Shown here in pieces: positions 11,901 through 23,700 of a DNA stretch of 64,000 nucleotides. The notes under the pieces are model-generated. The model was not told the DNA's origin, ran no database searches, and worked only from the letters and a program-made list of their open reading frames with translations. Position 1 is the first letter of the stretch, and each line of letters begins with the position of its first letter. Source of the stretch: Camelus dromedarius (Eukaryota). The translations under genes were made by a program, and so were the position numbers. Location of the stretch: NCBI RefSeq assembly GCF_036321535.1, contig NC_087437.1:55926001-55990000 (forward strand). Direction: 5' to 3'.

Positions 11901-14900
11901 CCCCGTCTGACATTGAAAGAGCTGTCCTTACCATTCCAGGTTCCATAGCTCTCTGGCTGCACCATAAGCTTGACTGATTTTGCCAGATGCTTTAGGCTTT
12001 TCAGACAACACATCTGAATATCCTCAGATGGGCTGGAATAGCACCACTCTTCCCATTTCTGAGATGAAAGGGGAAGAATCTGAGTGAGTGGACTAGCTCC
12101 AGGGTGCACAGGAGAAAAACTCCCTTGGCCTCTTGAGCAGAGGGAAATGCCATTGGGCGAGCTCATCGACTTTTACCTGAATGACGGGGTTCCCTTCAGC
12201 TTTTTCTGACCCCTGATGGGGTTCTGCTTTTTTTAGTAAGAAGCCTGGTCCTTGACTGCTTTACCCTAAGCGCTTAAATATACCTCCTCACAAGGGAATA
12301 AAATAAAACTCCTTTTAAACTGGTATTTATTTGGATTTTCACGGCATTCATGAACATGCTTCCCCAGGGCACCTTGTAGGAAAGATCCCATCCCGCACCC
12401 TCCTTCAAAACACCAACTTTACAATCAGCTCTCCAACTTTCCTGAAATCTTCGTATTTTAGAACCCAGTAAACCACTGAATTCAAACTCAACCTCTTTTT
12501 CAGCTGAGGACGTCATGGCTCATTTCTGCTGATTGGTGACAGGCAGGCACTCAAGGCCCAGCTTTAATGCCACCTGCTCTGCAAGCCCCCCCTCCCCCCA
12601 GCCACTCCCTTCTCTGGACCCACATGGGCGCTTTTGTACCTGTGTCCGTCAAAACCCTTCTAGCCCCACACTTACCTCATTTTACCTTTCTTCGTTGGCT
12701 TACATCTATCTTTTTCCACTTTACTTTGAATTTCTAAAGGAAGGGATGGACTCTTACTCATTTTTTAACACCTCCCCAAACCTGCAACCAAGGAATCACT
12801 CACAGACTGAGGACTGAATTCATGAGTGCCCAGAGCTCTCCTGTACCCCCTTCGCTGTGACGGTTCCTTCTCTCTGTTTACAAGATGAAGACTGCACTGA
12901 TGTGTCTCTCAAGATAATTACGTACTTACATCTGATTGCCAAGTGCTTCAAGACCATAAAAAGCCTTTATAAATGCCAACCATGATTACAGCCCTTTGAA
13001 ACAATGGGCTGTATGATTTACAAGTGGAAAACGCTGAGACAGAGCAGCTAATCCTTCTCGTCTGGTCCCCACTTTTATCCCCGCCCACCATCGGATGGTA
13101 ACTCGGGAAGAGGGAGGAGGGTTTCACTAGAGGCTCAAGAGGAATTCCAGGGTCTTTGCCATCACACTGTCGTCCGGGGGGAAGGCACCTCAACCTGCCA
13201 GGAGGGACCAAGGGCAAGAATTTCCAGGTAGAATTCTGTGGAAGAGGGGACTTGGTGAAGAAGGCAGTGGGCCGGCCCTGCCAGCGCAGAAGGTGACTTA
13301 GGAGAAGGACCGTCACGGCGGAAAGCCTATCAGATCCTGGTCTAGCATCGGCCTCCTCTGCGGTGGCCTCACGTGCAAAGAAAGGGCGAGGCTCACCTTG
13401 CTCACCTTTGTCCCCCTCCACCCAGATGAATCCTACCAAGTAGCCGGAAAGGGTGGGTTAGATCCTGAACTAACAGCACCTTCAGATTTCCCTCCCTAGC
13501 AGTGGGTGTCAGGAGGAGCGCGGGCAGGAACTCTTTGTTTGGTGAATTTCCTTGGGGGCCCTTTATAAGGTCTTTGAAAGCAGAGGTGATGCACTAAGGC
13601 AATTCTTCACGTGGCTGATACCACCCATCGGAGAGCAAGCCAGGATTTATGATCAGATTATTCCAGACTTGACGTTTGTCTGGCCTCAGAGGTCAGCAGC
13701 GGGCACAGAAAACACCGTGATTTCCCAGGGGGAGGTGGGCAGGGGGGAGCTCTGACGGCAGGAGTCTGCAACTCCCACCCCACAGGGAGCCCAGTGGTGG
13801 ACCTGACTTGTCTCAATGTGCCTGGAGAAATCGTCCAGGTCCAAAACAGAATGGGCCCTCATGTCTCATGTTGGAAGCAGCCAACGAACTGGGGGTAAAG
13901 ATTGGGGGGTGGGATGTGGGACCGTGTGGGGAGGTCGCTTCACATCCCGGGCTCCTTGGCCGGAGGGAGCGAGGGCGCATCGCCGGGAGCCCGATCCAAC
14001 TTGTGGTTTGGGTTTTTTTGCCAAATGGCTCCTGTTTCCCCGAAGAGCTTTGAATGTGGGAACAGTTCAATTTTCCCCTACTTCTCTGCCACACCATTGT
14101 CAGTCACCTCAGAAGGTTTAATTCTCTGGCATAAAGAACTCCTGAGGTGGCCCTCATTACCTCCCCTCTTGACGTCAGTAAGGGAGTTGTTCCCCGTGGC
14201 TGTCGTATATGAAATAATGCAGCATTTGTACTGCAATTAAAATTCATAGGTATATATTATTAAAGGGTACTGACTCATTCCGTGGCTTCTCCTCAGCTGA
14301 CCAAGTGCCAAAAAATGCTCTGTACCAAGTCCTGATGAAGACTGCGTGAAAACTAAAATTTCCTTGTCAAGCAATTTACATGGAGGGCTCTGAAGAAAGC
14401 ACCTCACACATCCAAGATTCTCACTCTGTCCTGTGTTGGGTTTTCTCAAGAAGAAATTTAATTTAATTTAATTTAATTTTCCAGATTCTTTCTGCCTTGG
14501 CAGGAGAGGAAATGACTCCAGACTAGAACCTTCTTTCTTCCCTTTTATGAATTTCATGAAAGCAGGGGCGGACCCCAGGTATTTGCTTAATTGAATTGTG
14601 CAATCCATATTCAATATCTCTCAGAGAGAAGAGGAAATATGCCTTCACATATCAGCAGGAAAATAAAAGAGGAGAAAAAGTTTCAATTTTACAAAAATCT
14701 AATTCCGTTCTTTACATGAATGTACTATTTTATGTTAAATATGCCTGGGAGCAAACAACCTGGTGCTTTTTTTCTTCCCTCTTGTTTTAAAAGACTGTGC
14801 TTCTGCTTCAGACGTGGACACTTGGAGCCCAGTGACCACAGGCTCTGACCTCTTTTCATTGCTCTCAGTTTCCTTATCTGTAAAATGGGCACCATCATCT

Positions 14901-16777
14901 GTGCCTGGAACACCTCCTGGGGTTCCCCGTGTGAGAACCTGTTCTGTGTTACATAAGCATTCTATAATACAATAATACAAGTGAAAATAAAAAGGTCTGG
15001 GAAACTGCAGGCTTTTTAGACAAGGGAAAAAAAAAATCATTATGACAAGTGGTACAGAGGATGGTCCTAGACTTGGAGTCATAGAACTGGGCTTTTTAGC
15101 CAGGGCTGCCCCAAGCACAGGTAGCACTTTTAAATGAATTGGAAGGAGGCACCGTTTCTGGACAGACACATCCCTGCAGGTGCATGGGTTGATGAGCAAC
15201 ACCAAAAAGGCACCCCTGCCTCTAGCGAGAGCTGCCCCGGGCCAAGACTCTCCCATAGGTCACTTCTGCAGCCTGCTCGGGTTCTGTAACCACATCATCA
15301 TTTTTCCTACCTCTGAGTCTCAGTTTCTTCCCAGACAGAAAGAAGGAGTTGCATTGTGATTTCTATGTGATTTCTCTTTCAGCTCTTAAAAAAACTGAAA
15401 AAATCCTAATGGGTTTTCCAATCCTTCTACACAAGGAACGACACATCACATAGACTATGATTTATGAGCTTGATCTTTTTAAAATCATCTGATGACACTC
15501 CCTAATATTTGAATGAAGTTAGGGATGGTTTGATGTGGGGCAGATTAAAACTTAAAAGCTTGCGTGTATACATGGTGTCTCAGGTAGAACACAACACGGG
15601 GAGCCTGCAAAACAGGAACGACCACTCTGCTGTCGGCCGCGGCACAAGATGGGAGCTGCCCCGGTGCCGTTTACTGAGGTCTCCGCTCGCCGTCTGTGGG
15701 GCTGAGCTGCAGAATCAGTGCCGGAGTCCTGGCCTCTCCCTGAGCGCCCAGAGCACCCAGGAAGCGGGGACGGCAAGCAGCCAGAGCACTGTTTTCTCTG
15801 TTGATACCTTGTTGCCAGAAAACAGAAATTAGATCCTTGGCCAGAACCTCCTATCAGCAAATCTGAGCGCCAGCAAACACGTCTGTCAGAGAGCAAACAA
15901 ATGGCAACCTCCCTTTTCAAAGCTCAGGGATTTTCAGCCCTAAAATTAGGGTTCAAGTTTTAAAATCCCACAGGTACTTAATGAACCCATTTGCAAATTC
16001 TCAAAATGTTAGTCGAGGTCAATTTGGTTGTATTGGTGAATGTCTCTAAAACCGGTGTTTTTCTTTGTTTTGTCTTTGCTTTGTATTTAGGGCAAGAGGG
16101 AGGGCTTTTGGAAACAATCACAACCAGTTACATCATTTTCCGAGAAGGAAACTGAAGCCCAGAGAGGGAAAGAGAGTAGCTCCAGGTCACACAGCAGAGC
16201 GTATGTGATGGGGCTGGAACTATTAATCTAACGCTCTTTCCACACTCCCACGGTGAATGTGCAACCCCACGGTGGGGTGGAAAACAGATGGCACAAAATC
16301 ACTAACACTCAATTTTTCAGCCTCAGAGGATGACTGTTCTGACCGCTACCCAAGATCACGAATGGCAGAAAGTAAATGTGATTTTTAGAAAATGTTTTTA
16401 TCTGTTAATTTTCTCAAGGGCTATGACCTCCACCACTGCCCATCCCAGAGGCAGGTGGTCTCCCACGGGTGAGTGGAGCAGACTCCCCTGGGCTAAAACA
16501 ACTCCAGTCCCCATTCCCCAAACATTCCTTAGAACTGGCACCAAGGACCAGATGTTCCCTGGATCGACACCCGCTTGCTAACCATCTCTGTTTTTTCAAA
16601 AGTGATGTTCCCACCTTCCTTGCCGCCCCTGAGCACCTGCCAGCAACACTAACCACAGCCCAGCACTACCCCTGGGTTGTCCCCAGAGCTCCGGTGGGAC
16701 CACAAAGCCATCACCTGACGACAAACCAAACATTTGGGAGAAGAAAAATAAATGCCAGATATCAAAATAAGGCTCCC

Positions 16778-16783
16778 TTTATT
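16778..16783 (-). terminator. Polyadenylation signal AATAAA of P3H2
   Basis: Minus strand reads TTGTATCTGACTTGTGT-AATAAA-GGGAGCC...GGCA|TTTATTTTTCTTCT: upstream UGUA, CA cleavage site, U-rich downstream element. Confidence 0.7.
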
Positions 16784-17370
16784 ACACAAGTCAGATACAA
16801 GCACTAAAATCCACGAGCTGGAGCGCAGCAAAGAGAAGGGGCCAGCAACAGACACAGCTGAAGACTGGAATCAACCAGAAATCCATTTTTCTGTCTTCAG
16901 AACAAAACATCTCTTCTCACCAGTGGACCCCACTCTCAGGCAACGTGGTGATGGTGCCCCCGTGCAGATGGGATTAAAGGTTTCCTTCCAAAGTCCCTGG
17001 GAAGATGGGCCATTCTATTTTAACCCCTCGACAGCCGTTTTAAAGACACAGCTCCTAGGGCAGTCCTTTCTGAAGCGCTGTGGAGGGTGAATCGAGGCTT
17101 CCAGTGCCAGGTTCTGCTGAAAACACCGGAGCCAGAAACTGCCCCCAGGGCCTGGGAAGGCTGAACCCGGTCGTCTCCCACAGCACTCATCAGAGCGGTT
17201 CCTCCACAGAGCCTGGGGACCCTCTGGCCCGTGATCCCTGAAGAGTTCTGACCTCGCCATGGACTCCTTGGATTCCAACTCCTGGCTGGCCGTCAGCCCT
17301 GGGTGAGACTGTGGCTAAAAGGCACCGAGCCAGGAAGGCCTTCTGAGTCCAAATCACACGCTAAGTTTAG

Positions 17371-17373
<3 letters not shown>

Positions 17374-17433
<60 letters not shown>
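17374..17433. repeat. (TG)30 microsatellite, read as (CA)30 in the P3H2 3' UTR
   Basis: Direct reading. Confidence 0.98.
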
Positions 17434-17434
<1 letters not shown>

Positions 17435-17653
17435 TGGGGAGAGGGGACTGGGCGTTGAGAGATGAACTGATGAAAAACCAAGACAGACAGACTTGACTGA
17501 GCCAAGCAAGGATCCTTAGGAACAGAAGGGAGATCCGGTGACTCATATTAACCTATTAATTTATATCGTGGCTCTGTACAAAAATAAAAAGGTTCTCATA
17601 AGATTAACAATTTAAATAAATATCTGATAGAACACTCTTTCCCCCCCTCATTT

Positions 17654-17746
17654 TTATAGCTCATCTTTGGGGTTGATATTCAGTTCATGCTTCCCTTGCT
17701 GTTCTTGATCCAGGATGGCGATCACTTCATCCGCCTGTATTCGCTC
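17654..17746 (-). CDS. P3H2: P3H2 exon 15 coding part ([30 protein letters not shown])
   Basis: tttgcag|GAG acceptor; TAA at 17654-17656; KDEL ER-retrieval signal. Confidence 0.97.
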   Translation of the reverse strand, partial: ERIQADEVIAILDQEQQGKHELNINPKDEL

Positions 17747-20700
17747 CTGCAAAAAGAACAATTTACACATTGCTGGTACAAGGATACCGTCAGCCCCAGC
17801 GCCAGATGCTTCCCAAACACTCCTGGGCGCCCATCTGTACACGGCTTGATGCTAAATCCAGCTAAGGACAGAACCTCATCTCCATCCTGACACAGGCGCC
17901 TTCTCTTGGTTTCCTTTCTTCCTGATTTGCCAAGATTTCTCTCTGGCCAAGAAGTCTTGAATATTCAACTGCTGACTGTCCTCTCTACTTTGTGGTTCCA
18001 CAGACACCTCCAACCCAGTTCTCCAGCTCAGGGTTCACGCTGAATTCACCATCTTCCCCCCCTGCCCCCGTGGACTTACTCTGTCCTCTTCATGTATTTC
18101 CTCTCTTAGTAAAGACCAGCGCGGCTCATCCATTTGCCCCACAAAGCCTGACCATGGTTCCTTGGAGCTGACAAATCACCGAGTACCCTCTGTTCTGCCT
18201 CCTTTTCCCGCCCCTTTCTTTTCAGTGCACACTGCTGTTGCCTTAGCTGAGGCCAGTGTTTCTCAGCCTTGGCACTGCTGGCACCTGGGACCAGACAACT
18301 CCGTTCGTGCATCAGAAGACGTTCGGCAGCCTCCCTGGCTTCTCTCGACTACAGGGAGCCAGAAGCACCTCCCCACAAGCCGTGACAATCAAAAGCGTCT
18401 CTCAATGTTGCCACGTGCACCCTAGGAGGAAAATCGCTCCTGCTTGAGGTTTACACTCCAGCATCTCTTAGCACAATTGCTGCAGCGGCTTCCAAACTCA
18501 TCTCTCCGTTTCACATCCCCCTCCATGCGCTCGTGAGGGACGCTCTGCACTTGAATCGTGACCGCCTCCCTCTCCTGCTCACTGCTCATGGCCTGGCATG
18601 GGTTCCCAGCGCTTCACCCTCCAGGTCCAGCCTTCCCGATGTGCTTATGAGGAGTTGCCTGACTTTGACCTTCTTCTTTTCTTCACCTCATCTTGTCCTG
18701 TCCCCTCATCTCACCTCACACTCCACCTGCCTGACGTGGGCTCTGAACACGACACTCTGAGAAGAACTTCCCCATCCTAGTCTAGGTTAAATGCCCCGAG
18801 GATTTAAAGGATGTTTCCGTTGCATCCTGTGCGTCTCTCACCCCCACAGCAACCCTTCAACATGCCCAGTCTCCCCCCATGTGGCATCTCCAGCCTCCTG
18901 CATCTTTTCACCTTCTCTGTTATGACTCCAGTCTACGACCTGCTAGCTGCAGCAATCTGTCCCATCCTGTACCTTCCTGGGACAGGGGGGAGTTGGGGAG
19001 GGAGGGCACATAGCTTCCTCCTACAGTTAGAAGAGAATTCTTATTTATTGACCAGCTTGTCAAGTCTAACCGCTGCCTCCTCCGTGTCCTCTTTTCAGAC
19101 CACTCTCCACTCTCAAATCAGTTGCCTTGTTCCCTTTCCCACACATCATTTCTCACTATCTGCTAATCCCTCAAATGTTTATTCTTTTACTTATTTGTTG
19201 TCTCTCTTTTTCTTTTTTTTATTGAAGTATAGTTGATTTACAACGTTGTGTTAGTTTTGAGTGTACAGCAAAGTGATTCAATTATACACACATGCACATA
19301 TATATATATTCTTTTCAGATGCTTTTCCATTACATGTCATTACTAGTTATTGAATATAGCTCCCTGTGCTAACAGTAGGTCCTTGTTGTTTTTCTTTTTC
19401 ATATATAGTCATCTATGTCTCTTAATCCCCAACCCCTAATTAATCTCTCCCAACATTTTCCCTTTTGGTAACCATAGTTTGTTTTCTATGTCTGTTAGTA
19501 TATTTCTGGTTTGTAAATAAGTTCATTTGTATCTTTTTTTCTATATTCCACATATAAGTGATAGTCTGATATTTGTCCTACTTCACTTATTATGATAATC
19601 TCCAGGTCCATCCATGTTGGTGCAAATGGCATTATTTTATTCTTTTTATGGCTGAGTAGTATTCCATTGTATAAATATACCACAACTTCTTTATCCAGTC
19701 ATCTGTTGGTGGACATTTAGGTTGTTTCCATGTCTTGGCTATTGTAAATACTGCTGCTATGAACATTGGGGTGCATGCATCTTTTCAAATTAGAGTTTTC
19801 TCTGGATATAAGCCCAGGAATGGGATTGCTGGATCATAGGATAACTCTATTTTTAGTTTTTCAAAGAACTTCCATACTGTTTTCCATAGTGGCTGCACCA
19901 ATTTACATTCCCACCAGCAGTGTAGGAGGGTTCCCTTTTCACCACACCTTCTCCAGCATTTGTCATTTGTGGACTTTAATGATGGCCGTTCTGACTGGTG
20001 TGCGGGGATACGTCATTGTAGTTCTGATTTTCATTTCTCTAATAATTAGCCGGCAGAGCCAAGTATTAGAGAAGAGCATGGAATCTTGTCATTTTTGGTC
20101 ACTGTTGTATTTCCTGTGCCCAGAAAAGCTGCTGACATTTGGCAGAGGCTGTCAATGAATGAAGCTGGTGAATAAAGACATACTTGGATAAAGGCTCTCT
20201 CTCTCATAGAATGTCTCTCCCTAAAGAAACCATGCTCACCTTTTAAGGCTCAGGTCAAATGCCATCTCCTTAATGAAGATTCCCTGGTTTCCTCTTTCTA
20301 TCCCTTAAACATCATGCATGTTTTGGCCTCTGATAATAATTCACACCAAACTTTGCTTTGTGTTTAACTACTGAGACCCTTGTATTAGCTCTTCACTTTG
20401 GCTTCAAGCTCCTTGAAAATAAAAGTCATGTCTCACCTAGTTTGTACCTCCCATAGGTAGTCCCTAGAACAATGGCCAGCACAGTAAGTTATAGAAAGAA
20501 CTATTTTATGACTTGAAAATCTCATATTCAAGAGCTTTGTAATTGAACATGATGTTGACATAAAGGTACCTAAAACGACCAAATATACTAAATAACAGGA
20601 AACTGAATTGTTGCCACGACGCCCGAGTGAAATGCTCGAGTACTGTTTTGTGAAGATGGGAGGACACCTTGCTGATGAGCAAACGTGACGTATATACAGT

Positions 20701-23700
20701 GTTCCAGTCTGACTGCACAAGAGACTGTTCGAAGTCACGTCTCTCCTGAAAGGAAGGAAGTTCAAGAACTCTCTATACAAGGAACTGAAGCTTCTAACCT
20801 CAGGCATCCATACGAGTTTACGATGCTAAGTACTCCTGGAGAATTCAGCGCCTTTAAAGTAACCTGTAATGAGCATGGAAGTCCGCCAGCTCTGGTGGCC
20901 TCTTCACAAGCAGGCTTTCTTGGCTCAGGGACTCAATCTGAGAGGAGGATCCTAACTCTGGGACTCTCAAATTTTGTTGCACAAACCCAAGTTACACCCA
21001 TACCAGTTAACCCAGAATCGCCAAGGGTGAGCGCCAGCGGTCAGTCGTTTGTGAAGATCCCCAGGCGATTCCAATGCTGAGCTAAGTGTGGGAATCCCAG
21101 CGACAACTTTTTCTACTGGTTGCCTGAGGCGCTGGTCATTTTCTCCTGTGACCACTAGATGGCGCCAACAGCCTGACGGTTGGAGACGTTTCCGCACACT
21201 TTCCAGGTTAAGACAGAGCAAAAGGAACTTTGTGTTAAGCTTATTTTGATAGGAAAAAATACGTATTTTTGGGAGAGAGGATGGATACTGAATAATCAGA
21301 TTGGCTAAATGCCTGCTGAGCTGGACACTAAAGAGGGAAAGCTGAGGCGACTTTTTAACAACGTGTTATCTCCACTGTGTACTGACGTCCTGGATTCCCG
21401 AGTCAGAAGGAGCGCTACTGGGGAACGCTGGCATTTTGGAGGTAGAGACGCACAAGGAACGAGGGGAATGACAGGTGAAGGAGATGGCTCAGTCCCCCTT
21501 GAAGTTCTCAGAGCCCTGTGTGTTCCGTTCCCTCTGTCACGACCACTCCTTTCTCCTTCTGTGCCTGGTTGTCATCTGCTGCGCCTTTAGGACTGTGCTT
21601 ATGTAAGTCAGCCTTCCTCCATCTCCGATCCCAACGCGTACTGCTGTCTTCCCACCCTAGTTCCTTGTCTGTCTCTCCAAACGCCTTATGGCTGGAAGCT
21701 ACGTTTTGAAAACCCTTGTACCCTCAGGGCCTCCCTAGAGGAGTTTTTCAGGCACATAGTAGATCTTCCCTAAACGTTTGTGAACTATATGAAAGAATTA
21801 ACTTATTTACAAAACAGAAACAGACGCACAGACATAAAAAACAAACTTATGGTTACCAGGGGAGAAGGGGGCGGGAAGGGGTAAATTGGGAATTCAAGAT
21901 TTGCAGGCACTAACTACTATATATAAAATAGATGAACAGCAAGTTCATACTGTACAGCACAGGGAACTATATTCAATATCTTGTAGTAACCTACCACAAA
22001 AGAATGTGAAAATGAATATATGTATGTATACATATATGTATGACTGAAACATGCTGTACACCAGAAATTGACACATTGTAAACTGATTATACTTCAACAA
22101 CAAAAAACCCTCTGAAATTAAAAGAAAAGAAAAGAAAAGAAATGTAATCAGTTTTATAACTGAACTTGAAAAAAAAGGAATGCTTAGGGCATGCGGCCTA
22201 AAAACTGTGCATGAGTTAGGTTTGATGGCAAAAGGTCTCTGAGAAAAAGGAATACATTTTAAACAGTTTCAGACGAAATTGGATTCAATGGAGGGACCTA
22301 AAGAGGAAAACTGGATAGAATGCCATTTTAAAGACTAGAGTTTCCTGACTTCGTTAAGACTCAGGGGTGGAGCAGACTTTGAAGTCACCCCATTTAGGTC
22401 TTGCTGTGATGTTTCAGTTTGCTTCAGCATCTGAGGCCAGGCAGTCACTGAGGCTCTGACTGGAGCCATCCAGGGACAAGAAACTCAGTACTTCTAAAGA
22501 AGACAACCCCCCAACACCAGTGACAATTTGGAAGTTATTCCTTTCATTGAGCCCAGATTTTCCTCCCAGCGGCTTGTATCCATGGTCTTAATTCATCCCT
22601 CTGCGCTTCACAGATAGATACTCTAACCTCTGCCCAGTGACCTCCAGAAGGATGAGCTCCTGGCTGCTTATCTGAGCTGTGTCCTCAGCTGCTTCCAGTA
22701 TAATAATAGCTGTATTTTAATATTTAATTTAATAATAGTAAATTATAAACTTTCAGGTTCCCTCGCCCTCTTCTACATATGTTTCATAATTGATTCAGTA
22801 AATTTTTAATGATTTGTCAAGAAAACAAATCAGTCTTCCTGGTGACCGGTAGAAAGCGGTCCCTCTCTCCTGATGCTACAGCTTGTTAACATGCTCAAGA
22901 CGAATCAGAGACTGCGAGAGATCACCAATGTCTATTTCTGTGAACATTCCCTCATTAGAACCCAATTGATGAAGAATTGCAGTCATAGCCCCTCTTCTGT
23001 CCCTCAAACTCATCCTGCAAACATTCGATGTGTAATTGCTAGGTCATGGATCTGATTAAGAAAATGTGTTCTTGCTGAGAAAACAGAGCCAGGGCTGGAA
23101 ACCAGAGAGAAAAGATTCTGTTAAAGCCTTCTACCCACCCCATGGTCTCTAAATTCCCGGAAGGGTTATGGATCAACTTAAAGGAATTTTCAAATAAATC
23201 AGTTCATGAAGCAGGTCTACAGGATGTCTCATTGACTTTCCGGGCGGGCCAGAGACTCACCAGTTCTCTGTAAAGTGGGTCCAGGGTAAACCACAAAGCC
23301 ACCGCACACCTCTGGCCCTTGGTGACTGCCTTCACCCCATGTGGGTTCTCTCCTCCAGATGAGAAGCTGATCATACGCCCACACTTCGGTTTTATAGAGG
23401 CCTGAGAAATAAAGTGAAAATAAGACTAGATACTGTGAGCATTTCTACATTCCCACCCTTTTCTATCCTTCTATTAAATTATTTGGGTCAAATTTTCTTT
23501 CTTTTTTTTAACATATACTTATTTCTATTTCATTTATTATTATTTTTTTTAATTTTTCCCCTTAATGGAGGAACTGGGGATCGAACCCAGGACCTTACAC
23601 ACGTCAAGCACATGCTCTACTACTGGGCTATACCCCTCCACCCAACGTGGGTCAAGTTTTGAGTCAAAGAATAATGGATGCCTGGGGTTGAGAAGACATA

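Larger units (their letters stand above)
16753..17653 (-). other. P3H2: P3H2 3' UTR (about 0.9 kb, predicted)
   Basis: Runs from the stop codon to a CA dinucleotide about 24 nt past the first minus-strand AATAAA. Confidence 0.65.
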
